Positions 1 through 9,580 of a stretch of 64,000 nucleotides of DNA are shown one piece after another (within the stretch, counting starts at the first letter, position 1; every line of letters begins with the position of its first letter). Location: the NCBI GenBank assembly GCA_965216755.1, contig CBDCGL010000011.1, positions 3,520,001-3,584,000 on the forward strand. The letters are read 5' to 3'. Under the pieces are notes generated by a model. That model ran no database searches and was not told where the DNA came from. It saw nothing but the letters and a program-made list of their open reading frames with translations. A program made the position numbers and the translations under genes. The stretch comes from Alphaproteobacteria bacterium (GTDB lineage: Bacteria; Pseudomonadota; Alphaproteobacteria; UBA7887).

Positions 1-1174
1 CGTCGATCACGCCTTGATCGCCGGTGCGAAACCAACCGTCGGTAAAAGCGGTTGCGTTGGCGTCCGAATTGTTCTCGTAGCCGGCGGTGACATTGGCGCC
101 CCGGATCACGATTTCGCCAGTCGTACCGGCGGCCAACAATGCGCCTTTTGCGTCCATGACCGCCACATCGGGACCGGCGGCCAAGCCCACCGTGCCCGGC
201 TTGCGCGCCGCTGGCGGGAGCGGATTGCTGGCCATCTGATGCGCTGCCTCGGTCATGCCATAGGCTTCGATCACCGGTGCGCGGAACACGGCCTCCAGCT
301 CGGCCATGACCGGCGGCGGCAAGGATGCCGACGATGACCGAATCAAGCGCAAACCGGCGCCGGCGATGATTTCGCGGTTGCGCGCGGCGCGCGCCAGAAT
401 CGCCTGATGCATGGTTGGCACGGCCGTGTACCAAGTCGGCTTGACCTCCGCGAGCCAAGCGAAAAACTTGAGCGCGTTGAAGCCCGGCGTGCAGGCGACC
501 GCGCCGCCCGCCGCCACCGCCGCCAGCACTGCAGCGATCAACCCGTGGATGTGAAACAGCGGCATGATGTTGAGACAACAGTCGCCCGGCGACAGGGCGA
601 GGGCGGCGGCGATATGGCGCGCGGAGGCGCAGACATTGCGCTGGCTCAGGGGCACGATTTTGGGTCGCGATGTGGTGCCCGAGGTATGCAGAATAAGGGC
701 AATATCATCGGCGCCGGTCAGGCCGGAGTCGGTCGGCGCTGCGACGGGCGCGCCGGTTAACGTGAACAAACCAGCGACCGTGTCATCGGGTGTCAGTTCG
801 ATGACGGCCATATCAAGCTGTTCGGCGGCGGCACGCGCCGGCGTTTGATCTCCGGCCTGGACCACCAACGCCTTGGCGCCCAGGTCGGACACATAGAACG
901 CGAACTCCTCGGTGCGATACGCTGGGTTCAACGGCGCCGTGGTGGCCGCGCAGGCAATCGACAGGAACGCCGTCGCCATCTCGGCGCCGTTGGGCAGCAC
1001 AATGGCGACTCGATCGTCGCGGCCGACGCCCATATGGTTCAAGGTCTCGACCGTCTTGCCCAGGTGACGTCTCAACCCCAAAAACGTCAGGCCGTCCCGG
1101 TTCGGGGCGCGTATCGCCATGTCTTGGTCGCGTCCGGCGCCGAGCGCCGCGGCAATGGTCTCTGATTTGCTCAT
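1..1174 (-). CDS. acyl-CoA synthetase (AMP-binding, oxalate-CoA ligase-like), runs off window start
   Basis: Not in ORF track; manual translation from ATG 1174: MSKSETIAAALG...DRVAIVLPNG...APLNPAY...LILHTSGTTSRPK...MPLFHIHGL (adenylate-forming motifs). Confidence 0.85.
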   Translation of the reverse strand, partial: MSKSETIAAALGAGRDQDMAIRAPNRDGLTFLGLRRHLGKTVETLNHMGVGRDDRVAIVLPNGAEMATAFLSIACAATTAPLNPAYRTEEFAFYVSDLGAKALVVQAGDQTPARAAAEQLDMAVIELTPDDTVAGLFTLTGAPVAAPTDSGLTGADDIALILHTSGTTSRPKIVPLSQRNVCASARHIAAALALSPGDCCLNIMPLFHIHGLIAAVLAAVAAGGAVACTPGFNALKFFAWLAEVKPTWYTAVPTMHQAILARAARNREIIAGAGLRLIRSSSASLPPPVMAELEAVFRAPVIEAYGMTEAAHQMASNPLPPAARKPGTVGLAAGPDVAVMDAKGALLAAGTTGEIVIRGANVTAGYENNSDANATAFTDGWFRTGDQGVID

Positions 1175-1257
1175 GTCCCACTCATAGACGATTTTCGGCA
1201 TGAGCGGAATCGAGACCGATGATAGGGTGGTTCCCCGCACAGAGACGGAGCCACACG

Positions 1258-2607
1258 ATGTCGACCGCATTCACCACCGCCATGATCGAAGAGCCGACCG
1301 CGCCGAACAGTCTCGATGCCTACTGGATGCCGTTTACGGCGAACCGCCAGTTCAAGGCCAAGCCGCGGCTGCTCGGCGCCGCCAAGGGCATGTACTACAC
1401 CAGCGTCGACGGCCGTCAAATTCTTGATGCCGCGGCCGGCATGTGGTGCGTCAATGCGGGCCATGGCCGCGCGGAGGTCACCGAGGCGATCCAGAAACAG
1501 GCCGCCAAGATGGACTATGCACCGCCGTTTCAAATGGGCCACCCCTTGGCGTTTGAGCTGGCGTCGCGGGTGGCGGCCATGCTGCCGGGCGATCTGGATC
1601 ATGTCTTTTTCGCCAATTCCGGTTCGGAAGCGGTCGACACAGCGCTGAAGATCGCGCTGGCTTACCACAATGCACGCGGCGATGGACGGCGATTGCGGCT
1701 GATCGGCCGTGAACGCGGCTATCACGGCGTTGGCTTTGGTGGTATTTCGGTCGGCGGCATGGTCGCCAACCGCAAGCAATTCGGCACCGTCTTGGGCACC
1801 ACCGATCACTTGCCCCACACCCATCATCCGGAACATAACGCGTTCAGCCACGGACAGCCGCGATGGGGCACCCACTTGGCGGATGTGTTGGAAGATCTGG
1901 TCGCCCTTCATGGCGCCGACACGATTGCGTGCGTGATTGTTGAGCCGGTGGCGGGATCGACAGGTGTTTTGATACCGCCGGTTGGCTATCTGCGGCGCCT
2001 GCGCGAGATCTGCGATCGGCACGGCATTCTGCTGATTTTTGATGAGGTGATCACCGGTTTCGGGCGCCTTGGCGCGTCTTTCGCCGCGGAATATTTCGAT
2101 ATCGTTCCGGATATGGTGACCATGGCCAAGGCATTGACCAACGCCGCGGTGCCGATGTCGGCGGTTGCCGTGCGCAAGGGCATTTACGATGCGTTCATGG
2201 ACGGGCCCGACAATATGATCGAGCTTTTCCACGGCTATACCTATTCGGCGCATCCTTTAGCCTGCGCCGCTGGGTTGGCGACAATGGAAATCTATCGAGA
2301 GGAGGAGTTGTTCGACCGTGCCGCGGAGATGGCGCCCTATTTCGAAGGCGCTATTCACGCCATGAAAGACCTGCCGAACGTCATCGATGTGCGTAATCTG
2401 GGGATGATGGGGGCGATTGAATTGGAACCTCGCCCGGGCGCGCCGACAACTCGCGCCGTTGATGCCTTTGTGCACAGTTACGAGCATGGCGTGTTGATGC
2501 GGACCACGGGCGACATCCTAGCCTTCTCGCCGCCGTTGATCGTAGATCGCGGCCAAATCGACCAGATTTTCGACACCGTCGCCGATGCCGTGAAAGCCAC
2601 CGCCTAA
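1258..2607 (+). CDS. omega-amino acid:pyruvate aminotransferase (class III PLP)
   Basis: YWMPFTANRQFK, NSGSEAVDTALK, LIFDEVITGFGR, TMAK (PLP Lys), HGYTYSAHP; ATG 1258 after GGAG. Confidence 0.92.
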   Translation: MSTAFTTAMIEEPTAPNSLDAYWMPFTANRQFKAKPRLLGAAKGMYYTSVDGRQILDAAAGMWCVNAGHGRAEVTEAIQKQAAKMDYAPPFQMGHPLAFELASRVAAMLPGDLDHVFFANSGSEAVDTALKIALAYHNARGDGRRLRLIGRERGYHGVGFGGISVGGMVANRKQFGTVLGTTDHLPHTHHPEHNAFSHGQPRWGTHLADVLEDLVALHGADTIACVIVEPVAGSTGVLIPPVGYLRRLREICDRHGILLIFDEVITGFGRLGASFAAEYFDIVPDMVTMAKALTNAAVPMSAVAVRKGIYDAFMDGPDNMIELFHGYTYSAHPLACAAGLATMEIYREEELFDRAAEMAPYFEGAIHAMKDLPNVIDVRNLGMMGAIELEPRPGAPTTRAVDAFVHSYEHGVLMRTTGDILAFSPPLIVDRGQIDQIFDTVADAVKATA

Positions 2608-2661
2608 GCGGGGACCTTGGCCCCCGCTGCGGCTTGGACCCGTAGTGGGGATGCCGATCGG

Positions 2662-3849
2662 ATGCACGCTCAGGCGCAAAACGCCGAAGAGCAGCTTGTC
2701 GCGCTGCTTGAACAGATTGCCAGCCGCAAAGTCGGTTGGCAGTGCGCGCATTTACATTTGTCGCGGCTATCGCCGATCAACCGGCAGGAATACAGCCTGC
2801 GCATCGCCGTCAATGTAATTGACGAATTGGTGGCCAATTACGAACGGCGCATTTTTCTACTCGAGAATCACGATCTAATCCTGGTTGTCTGCGGCGCCCA
2901 GGTCAATGACGTCAAGGAAGCCGTCCTGCGGGTCCGGCATCTGTTTCAGGATGATCCGTTGGTCGCCAAACGCGACGGATTCTCATCCTGGTATGACCTT
3001 TCCGTAGACCATGACCGTTGCCTGGCTGATGCGCGGACCTTGTTGCACGAGAAGCATCGGCGCCACAACGAGGCGACGGCGCCGAAGTCTCGCTTCGGTG
3101 CTATTGAACCGCTCGATCCGAACCGCCTGTCGTTGATGCAAGGGGCGTTGGCGACACTCGACATCAGCGCCTATATGCGGCGCCAACCGGTCTGCGCGCT
3201 GATCGAAGATCAAGCGCCCGCGCCGGTCTTCGAGGAATGCTATGTCCGCATTGCGGATCTGCAACGGCCGTTGATGCCGAACGTCAATCTCTATGGCAAT
3301 CGCTGGTTGTTTCAACATCTGACGCAAAGCTTGGATTTACGCGTTTTGGCGCTGTTTTCGCGGAATCCCGGCCAACATTTGGCGACCCCAACCAGCATCA
3401 ATTTAAACGTCGATACACTGCTGTCACAATCATTCCTCGATTTCGACAAAGCCCTGAAACCAGGCGCGCAGCCCGCCATCGTGCTTGAGCTACAGCTGTT
3501 CGACATATTCGCCGACCTGGCCGCATTTCATTTCGGTCGTGATTTTGCCCGCTCCAAAGGCTATCGCCTGTGTTTGGATGGGCTGACCAGCCTAAGTTTC
3601 GGTTTGGTCGACCGTAAACATCTGGCCTTCGATCTGGTCAAAGTCCATTGGGACAAGGGCTTGCCGCAATTGGCGCGCAAAGACGGCGAGTTCGCCGACG
3701 CGGTCAAGGCGGCCGGCGGCGGCCGGGTGATTCTGTCGCGCTGCGACGATCAGGCGGCGATCGACTTTGGCCGATCCGTGGGCATCAGTTTGTTCCAAGG
3801 TCGCTACGTCGATTTCCTTGTCAATCCGGGCGCCCGCAGCCGCAATTGA
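2662..3849 (+). CDS. degenerate EAL-domain protein
   Basis: C-terminal RRQPV, SINLN, IVLEL, LCLDG, LFQGRY; lacks EAL and DDFGTG motifs. Confidence 0.7.
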   Translation: MHAQAQNAEEQLVALLEQIASRKVGWQCAHLHLSRLSPINRQEYSLRIAVNVIDELVANYERRIFLLENHDLILVVCGAQVNDVKEAVLRVRHLFQDDPLVAKRDGFSSWYDLSVDHDRCLADARTLLHEKHRRHNEATAPKSRFGAIEPLDPNRLSLMQGALATLDISAYMRRQPVCALIEDQAPAPVFEECYVRIADLQRPLMPNVNLYGNRWLFQHLTQSLDLRVLALFSRNPGQHLATPTSINLNVDTLLSQSFLDFDKALKPGAQPAIVLELQLFDIFADLAAFHFGRDFARSKGYRLCLDGLTSLSFGLVDRKHLAFDLVKVHWDKGLPQLARKDGEFADAVKAAGGGRVILSRCDDQAAIDFGRSVGISLFQGRYVDFLVNPGARSRN

Positions 3850-3888
3850 TCGCCGGCCCCAGCCCTCCCCCCAACCAAATTTCGTCAT

Positions 3889-5169
3889 ATGTTGCGACCC
3901 GCCGGACGCCTCCATAAACGCATCATCGAGCCGATCGTCGGCACGATCCTGCTGGCGATTCCACTTTTCTATTTGCTGACCTTTCGCTCGGCGGAGGTCA
4001 CCTATTTCGACCGGTATTCGCCGCGCTTGGCGGCGCTGATCGTGCTCTATGCGACGGCCATGGCCATATACCTGGTTTCTTATCGATGGCCGTTGTGGCG
4101 TGTCCTCGAAACGGCGCGTAGCTACGCCGTTGTCGGTTTGTTTGCGCTGTTCATGTCGGGCGTTGTCGGCGAGGTGTTTTTGCGTGTTATCGACCGGCCG
4201 CCCTATGCCCCGACCAACAATGGCGGCCGTCACAAATACGACCCCGATCTCGGCCACGTCTATGTCCCGAACCATCGGCAAATGTTGCAAACGCGCGAAT
4301 GGCGGCAGGAATGGCGCAGCAACGCCGAGGGGGTGCGCGCCGATCGCGATTATGGACCCAAGCCCGATGGTGTGACTCGGATTCTTGTACTTGGCGACTC
4401 TTTCACGGTCGGCGACCAAGTGCCCCTGGAGGACACCTATCCGGGGGTCATGCAAAGGCTCTTCGATCGTCACCGGGGCGCCCGGGCGGTCGAGGTGATC
4501 AATGCCGGTTTTCCAAGCTACGGTACCATTCATGCCGCACGCTATCTGGACAAATTCGGTGTGGCCTTTGCGCCCGACATCATCATATTTGGCGCGACCC
4601 CAAACGATCTGGTCGAGAATATCAATCCGTTGGCGACGATTGCCCGCGACGGCGCCCTGGTGCGCGCGGATGCCACCGATGGCCAGATCGCCGCTTGGTA
4701 CGACCGCACGCGCTGGTATAGTTTGCCGGGCTACTGGCAACGGAGTTTCTTCAAGCGCCGCCTTGATATTCTGTGGTCGCGCGTCACCGTCGGGCCGCCC
4801 TATGTCCATCGTCGCGCATTTATGGTCGCGCAAGACGCCGAGTCGATCGATCTATATGACGTGGTCTACCGCCAGATCGATCACATGCGCGCGCGCGCCC
4901 GATCGATCGGCGCTGCGTTCGTTATCATGGCAATTCCGCTTCGCGAACAATTTGGCTCTATGGGTGATGGGCTGGACCCGTCCCTCTATGGCCGGCGGCT
5001 CGGCGCCTACGCGGCCCAAAACAACATCCGATTTCTCGATCTGTATCCGCTATTTGCCGATCATCCAAATCCGGCGAATTTGTATTGGGCGGAAGATATC
5101 CACTGCACAGCTGCGGGCTACGAACTTATTGGTCGTTCGTTGTATAATTTCTTGAACGCAACTCCATAG
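3889..5169 (+). CDS. membrane-anchored SGNH/GDSL hydrolase family protein
   Basis: N-terminal TM helices; GDSF, NAG, PNDL and DIH blocks. Confidence 0.8.
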   Translation: MLRPAGRLHKRIIEPIVGTILLAIPLFYLLTFRSAEVTYFDRYSPRLAALIVLYATAMAIYLVSYRWPLWRVLETARSYAVVGLFALFMSGVVGEVFLRVIDRPPYAPTNNGGRHKYDPDLGHVYVPNHRQMLQTREWRQEWRSNAEGVRADRDYGPKPDGVTRILVLGDSFTVGDQVPLEDTYPGVMQRLFDRHRGARAVEVINAGFPSYGTIHAARYLDKFGVAFAPDIIIFGATPNDLVENINPLATIARDGALVRADATDGQIAAWYDRTRWYSLPGYWQRSFFKRRLDILWSRVTVGPPYVHRRAFMVAQDAESIDLYDVVYRQIDHMRARARSIGAAFVIMAIPLREQFGSMGDGLDPSLYGRRLGAYAAQNNIRFLDLYPLFADHPNPANLYWAEDIHCTAAGYELIGRSLYNFLNATP

Positions 5170-5190
5170 TCACAGACAAGGATCGCGGCC

Positions 5191-5967
5191 ATGACCGACC
5201 CATCTGCCTCGTCTCTGTCGGAATCAATCGCCAATCGATCGGGTGACGGCCCGGTGTCACGCACACGCCGCCAAGGGCGCGGTCCAACGATTTGGTTGGC
5301 CGGCGACCCGGACGACTTGAAACCGTGGATGCCCTTGGGCATTGCCGGCATTGTCACCAACACAGTGGTGCTCAATCAATATGCCGAAGCTCATGGCGGT
5401 GTTGTCAATCTGATCAAGACCTATCTCGATATCACGGACAAACCGGTGGTGATGGAGATTGACGGCCACACGGTCGAGGAACTGCTCGCGGTCGGCAAAG
5501 TCTTCACCGACCTTTCCGATCGCGTGATTCTGAAAATCCCGTGCACGGTAATCGGTCTAAGGGCGTTTGCCGAACTGCGCCAGCAAGGGGTCGAGACTTT
5601 CTGCACCACGGTCTTTTCGCTCACCCAGGCGGCCGCTGTCGCCCAGGCGGGCGTGGACCACATTTTGCCGTTCTGCGAGCCGGTTAAGGAAGCCGGCGGT
5701 GATCCAACAAAACTGATCCGCGAATGTGTGGCCATGTTTGACGGCTGGCAGCAGCGGCCGTTCATCATGGCCGCTTTGGTGCGCACTGTGGAGACGGCAT
5801 ATGCGGCGTTTCGCGACGGTGCCGACGAATTGGTCACCATGTGGACGGTGTATCGCGACATGATGGATCATCCGCTGACCGCCCAATGGAACAAGATCTT
5901 CTTGGACGAATGGCAGGACATGCACACCAAGGGTCTGCTCGAAGGGGTGCCGGTGGCAAAAGCATAG
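5191..5967 (+). CDS. transaldolase/fructose-6-phosphate aldolase family protein (divergent)
   Basis: GIVTNT, ILKIPCT (Schiff-base Lys), TTVFSLTQA, HPLT. Confidence 0.75.
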   Translation: MTDPSASSLSESIANRSGDGPVSRTRRQGRGPTIWLAGDPDDLKPWMPLGIAGIVTNTVVLNQYAEAHGGVVNLIKTYLDITDKPVVMEIDGHTVEELLAVGKVFTDLSDRVILKIPCTVIGLRAFAELRQQGVETFCTTVFSLTQAAAVAQAGVDHILPFCEPVKEAGGDPTKLIRECVAMFDGWQQRPFIMAALVRTVETAYAAFRDGADELVTMWTVYRDMMDHPLTAQWNKIFLDEWQDMHTKGLLEGVPVAKA

Positions 5968-5991
5968 CGAAACGCGCGATTGCCGTGGTGG

Positions 5992-6706
5992 CTAAACCAC
6001 GTTCTTCCGTGCCAGTTCTTCGCACAACTGCTTCAGCAGTTCGAGGCATGCGGTCATGGCGCCACTGATTTCATCGATCAGACCAGCTGGCGCGCGCGCG
6101 TGTGGGCAGGTCGGGCACGCAGGCGCGCAGATGGTCGAGCGTGGCGTACGCGTAGCCGAGATCGCCGGCGCCGGCGAAGCCATCTTGGCCATTGCGCCAA
6201 TCGTAGCGCGGTAATCTGTCGGCCGCGTCGGCGGCTTGCCTATAGGCATCTGAGATAAGGACACATTCGTCCGATGGCACGCTGTTTTTCATCAAGCGGT
6301 GGGCGACAATCATGTCGACCCCGGCGGCTTTGCGAAAACCCGCAACGGCGATTTCCTTAATCTTGCCGAAATGGACGACGAATTTGGGCGTCAGGTCGGT
6401 CGCGCTTTGACAAGCGCCGCACGGGCAAATGGAATCGCGCTCGATCACCTTGAGTTGCTGGTGAAACGCGCGAAACATGGTCTCGCATTGGTCGATCAAG
6501 GCGGTCGCGTCGTTCGGCTTGCCCGGGCTGTAATAGAGCACGGCATCGCCTTCGACTTCTGACAATGTGAGGCCCAGGGACTCGGCGCCAACGATCACGT
6601 CCAACAGTTCGGCCAGGATATGCGCGCTGTGGTCGAGGGCGACGGTGGTAGCGAAATCGGTTTAGCCGCTGATATCTGGGATCAAGATGCTGGCGGTGTC
6701 AATCAT
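5992..6706 (-). pseudogene. DUF2652-family pseudogene
   Basis: ATG 6706 reads MIDTASILIPDISG*TDF (TAA 6662-6664) in frame with LSEVEGDAVLYY...CPCGAC...KFVVHFG...HRLMKNS; tail continues in another frame to 5992. Confidence 0.75.
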
Positions 6707-6745
6707 CGCTGCCGGCTTGTGGTCGTGTGTCCTTGGCCGATGCGG

Positions 6746-7369
6746 CTATTGGTCGCGCTTTTTCTCTTCGACAAGGGCGGCGATTTGGCGTTGCATGGCC
6801 TCGATCTGGCTCTGCAGCTCGGCTATTTTCTGCGCTGATTGGCTGCCGTGGTCGGCGGCCGCGGCGGTTTGTTGATCAGGGGCCCTATCGGACCCGTTCT
6901 GCACGCCTGCAAACGGTGCAAACATGTTCATCGCCCGCTGCATCATGGCGATATTCTGCTTGCCCCAATCCTGCAGTTGGTTGACCGGAAACAGATCACC
7001 AAAAGTATCTTGAATATAGCTCCGCATCTTCTCCTGATTGCGCGCGAAAGTTTGCATGCTGAATTCAAGGTATGATGGCACCAGAGCCCGCAAGCTGTCG
7101 TCGTAGAACGTGATCAAATGGCGCAAAAATCCGATCGGCAGCAGATTCTGGCCTTTGCTCTCCTCTTCGAAAATGATCTGAGTCAGCACCGAACGGGTGA
7201 TGTCCTCGCCGGTCTTTGCGTCATAGACGACGAAATCGACACCGTCTTTCACCATGCGGCACAAGTGGTCGAGAGTCACATAGCTGCTTGATGCGGTATT
7301 ATAGAGGCGGCGATTGGCGTATTTCTTGATGATCACCGGTTGGGATGTGTCGCCGCTCGACTCCGACAT
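6746..7369 (-). CDS. phaR: polyhydroxyalkanoate synthesis repressor PhaR
   Basis: IIKKYANRRLYNTASSSYVTL, DAKTGEDITRSVLTQII; ATG 7369 chosen over longer ORF start. Confidence 0.95.
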   Translation of the reverse strand: MSESSGDTSQPVIIKKYANRRLYNTASSSYVTLDHLCRMVKDGVDFVVYDAKTGEDITRSVLTQIIFEEESKGQNLLPIGFLRHLITFYDDSLRALVPSYLEFSMQTFARNQEKMRSYIQDTFGDLFPVNQLQDWGKQNIAMMQRAMNMFAPFAGVQNGSDRAPDQQTAAAADHGSQSAQKIAELQSQIEAMQRQIAALVEEKKRDQ

Positions 7370-7559
7370 CGCAAAATCACCCTTTGTTACATTCTTCTGC
7401 CAATTGCGTTCCCTGGGCTGTAAGGCCGTTTGGCAGCACCTGCGCGCGGCGTCGACGACCGGCAAACCCATTGCGCATTTGCGAACCCGCTGCAGTTGCG
7501 CAAACACAAAAGCTAGCCTGACAGAACGAATATATGTCAACTTTTGCGATGCGGGAAGT

Positions 7560-7571
7560 TGCACCGCAATA
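7560..7571. promoter_or_regulatory. putative PhaR operator
   Basis: TGCACCGCAATA fits TGC-N3-GCA PhaR-type motif in the divergent phaR intergenic region. Confidence 0.4.
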
Positions 7572-7662
7572 TGGCGGGAGATCGGTTCGATCATTCGGCG
7601 TCGTACTTTGAGATTCGCGAACGCATTGGCTGCGGCCAATGCGGCTGCGTATGATGTTGGTC

Positions 7663-7974
7663 ATGGGCGACTCGGATGCACTTTACGATCTTGCGCGGCG
7701 CTATCTAGATCTGTGGCAGGACTATGTCGACGGCATGCCGGCCGATGCCCTGTTTGCCGGGATGGTCGCCGCGCTGGAGGCCGACGATGACGGCGTCGAA
7801 CCCGGGACCGGCGCGGCTGGGGCCGCGACCACTGCCGCTGCATCTCGGGTTGGCGACGGGAACCTGGCTCAGCGCCCTGCCAAGTCTGCCGCTGGCGAAA
7901 GCACGGCACGTACCGTGGCGCGAACACCAACAAAGCCAAGCGGCGCAGCTGACAAAAGCCATCGACGCCGCTGA
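7663..7974 (+). CDS. small hypothetical protein overlapping the PhaC-like gene
   Basis: Amphipathic helix DLARRYLDLWQDYV then low-complexity Ala-rich tail. Confidence 0.55.
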   Translation: MGDSDALYDLARRYLDLWQDYVDGMPADALFAGMVAALEADDDGVEPGTGAAGAATTAAASRVGDGNLAQRPAKSAAGESTARTVARTPTKPSGAADKSHRRR

Positions 7975-9010
7975 CGACGCCGCCTTCGCGACCGCCCTGG
8001 CCAGCGAAATCGGCGATCGATTTGCCGAGATGACCGCCGGCATACAAGCCTATTGGGCCCATCCGTATCGCCGCCAGCCCGGATCGGAAGCTGTGGTGTG
8101 GTCGTCCGGCGCGGCGCGGGTCGTTGACTATGGCGCGTCCCGTGGCGGTGGTGTCCCCGCGCTGTTTGTGCCGTCGCTGATCAATCGCGGTTACATATTG
8201 GACCTGGCGCCGGACCGCAGCATGCTCGGCTATCTCGGCAACACCGGTGTTTGGCCGTTGTTGCTCGATTGGGGCGAACCGGGTGCCGCAGAGCAGGCGT
8301 TCGACCTTGACGCCTATGTCAATGCCCGGCTGATTCCGGCATGCGCGGCGGTCGCGGATTTATGCGGCCAGACTCCGGTTCTTGTCGGCTATTGCATGGG
8401 TGGTCTACTGGCCTTGGCGGCCGCTGTACAAAGGCCTGAGTTGGTGTCGCGGCTGGTCTTGTTGGCGACGCCCTGGGATTTCCACGTTGACGCGCCGGCG
8501 GTGCATTTGATGGCAAGACTCGGCCAGCGACTCGGCGCGACTTGGCCGCTGGATCAGCCGGTGCCCGTCGATATGTTGCAATCCTTCTTCGCCATGTTGA
8601 ATCCGGTGCGTGTCGCCAACAAGTTTCGTGCGTTCGGGCGTCTGCCGCCGAACAGCCCGCAGGCCGTGGCTTTCGTTCAAATAGAGGATTGGCTCAACGA
8701 CGGCGTGCCGTTGGCCGCGCCCGTCGCGCGCGCTTGTTTTGGTCAGTGGTATGGTGAAAATCGACCTGCGGGCGGTTGCTGGTGCGTGGGCGGCGAAGCG
8801 ATCCGCCCCGATCGCCTAACCCTGTCGACACTGGTCGTGTTGCCGGACCGCGATCGCATCGTACCGCCCGCGTCAGCGCGGGCCTTGGCCGACGCGCTGC
8901 CAAATCCGACCGTTTGGTCGCCGAATGCCGGCCATATTGGCATGGTCGCTGGTGCCCGCGCCAAATCAGGCTTGTGGCAGCCTTTGGCGGCGTGGTTGAA
9001 GGACAGCTAA
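7787..9010 (+). CDS. PhaC-like alpha/beta hydrolase (PHA synthase family)
   Basis: VPSLINRGYILDL, GYCMGG (Cys nucleophile), DRIVP, GHIG; GGAGG before ATG 7787; divergent from phaR. Confidence 0.8.
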   Translation: MTASNPGPARLGPRPLPLHLGLATGTWLSALPSLPLAKARHVPWREHQQSQAAQLTKAIDAADDAAFATALASEIGDRFAEMTAGIQAYWAHPYRRQPGSEAVVWSSGAARVVDYGASRGGGVPALFVPSLINRGYILDLAPDRSMLGYLGNTGVWPLLLDWGEPGAAEQAFDLDAYVNARLIPACAAVADLCGQTPVLVGYCMGGLLALAAAVQRPELVSRLVLLATPWDFHVDAPAVHLMARLGQRLGATWPLDQPVPVDMLQSFFAMLNPVRVANKFRAFGRLPPNSPQAVAFVQIEDWLNDGVPLAAPVARACFGQWYGENRPAGGCWCVGGEAIRPDRLTLSTLVVLPDRDRIVPPASARALADALPNPTVWSPNAGHIGMVAGARAKSGLWQPLAAWLKDS

Positions 9011-9128
9011 ATCACGACATTACGGTGCATTACGGTGACAGTTTACTAAATACACCATATTTCGTGGATCTGTTATCCAGTCTACATTATGTTGTGTATT
9101 TAGTAAACTGTCACCGTAATGTCGTGAT
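9011..9128. repeat. 84-bp palindromic element, copy 1 (core 9033-9116) with extended arms
   Basis: CGGTGACAGTTTACTAAATACAC...GTGTATTTAGTAAACTGTCACCG; left arm has tandem CATTACGGTG duplication. Confidence 0.9.
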
Positions 9129-9136
9129 GCCGCAAT

Positions 9137-9580
9137 CTAGCCGGTCGGCGCCCAATCCGGTGGCGCCATCTCGAAGCCCGCGAACTCGAACGCCGGCGCG
9201 ACCGTGCAGCCGACCAATGTCCACGCGCCGGTTGAAACCGCACTTTGCCAGGCGCCGACCGGCACAACCGCCTGCGGTTGTTCGCCGGCATCGAAATCCG
9301 TGCCCAAGGCGACCGTGCTGGTGGCGACACCGTCTTGGGAGACCGACAGCTGTAGCGCCGCGCCGGCATGAAAATGCCAAATCTCGGTGGCATCGATGCG
9401 GTGCCAGTGCGACCGCTCACCGGCTTTCAGCAGATAATAGATCGCGGTGACTGCGGCCCGGCGACCAGGAACCGACGGGCTGCGCAAGATTTCGCGGTAG
9501 TGGCCGCCTTCGGGATGCGGCCGCAAATCAAGGGCCGCGATAACGCTGTTGGCGTTTAGGTTGACCGGGTCGTCGGCCAT
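9137..9580 (-). CDS. cupin domain protein (DUF985/cupin_5)
   Basis: HPEGGHYRE, TAIYYLL, SHWHR, EIWHFHAG, GCTVAPAFEF. Confidence 0.9.
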   Translation of the reverse strand: MADDPVNLNANSVIAALDLRPHPEGGHYREILRSPSVPGRRAAVTAIYYLLKAGERSHWHRIDATEIWHFHAGAALQLSVSQDGVATSTVALGTDFDAGEQPQAVVPVGAWQSAVSTGAWTLVGCTVAPAFEFAGFEMAPPDWAPTG

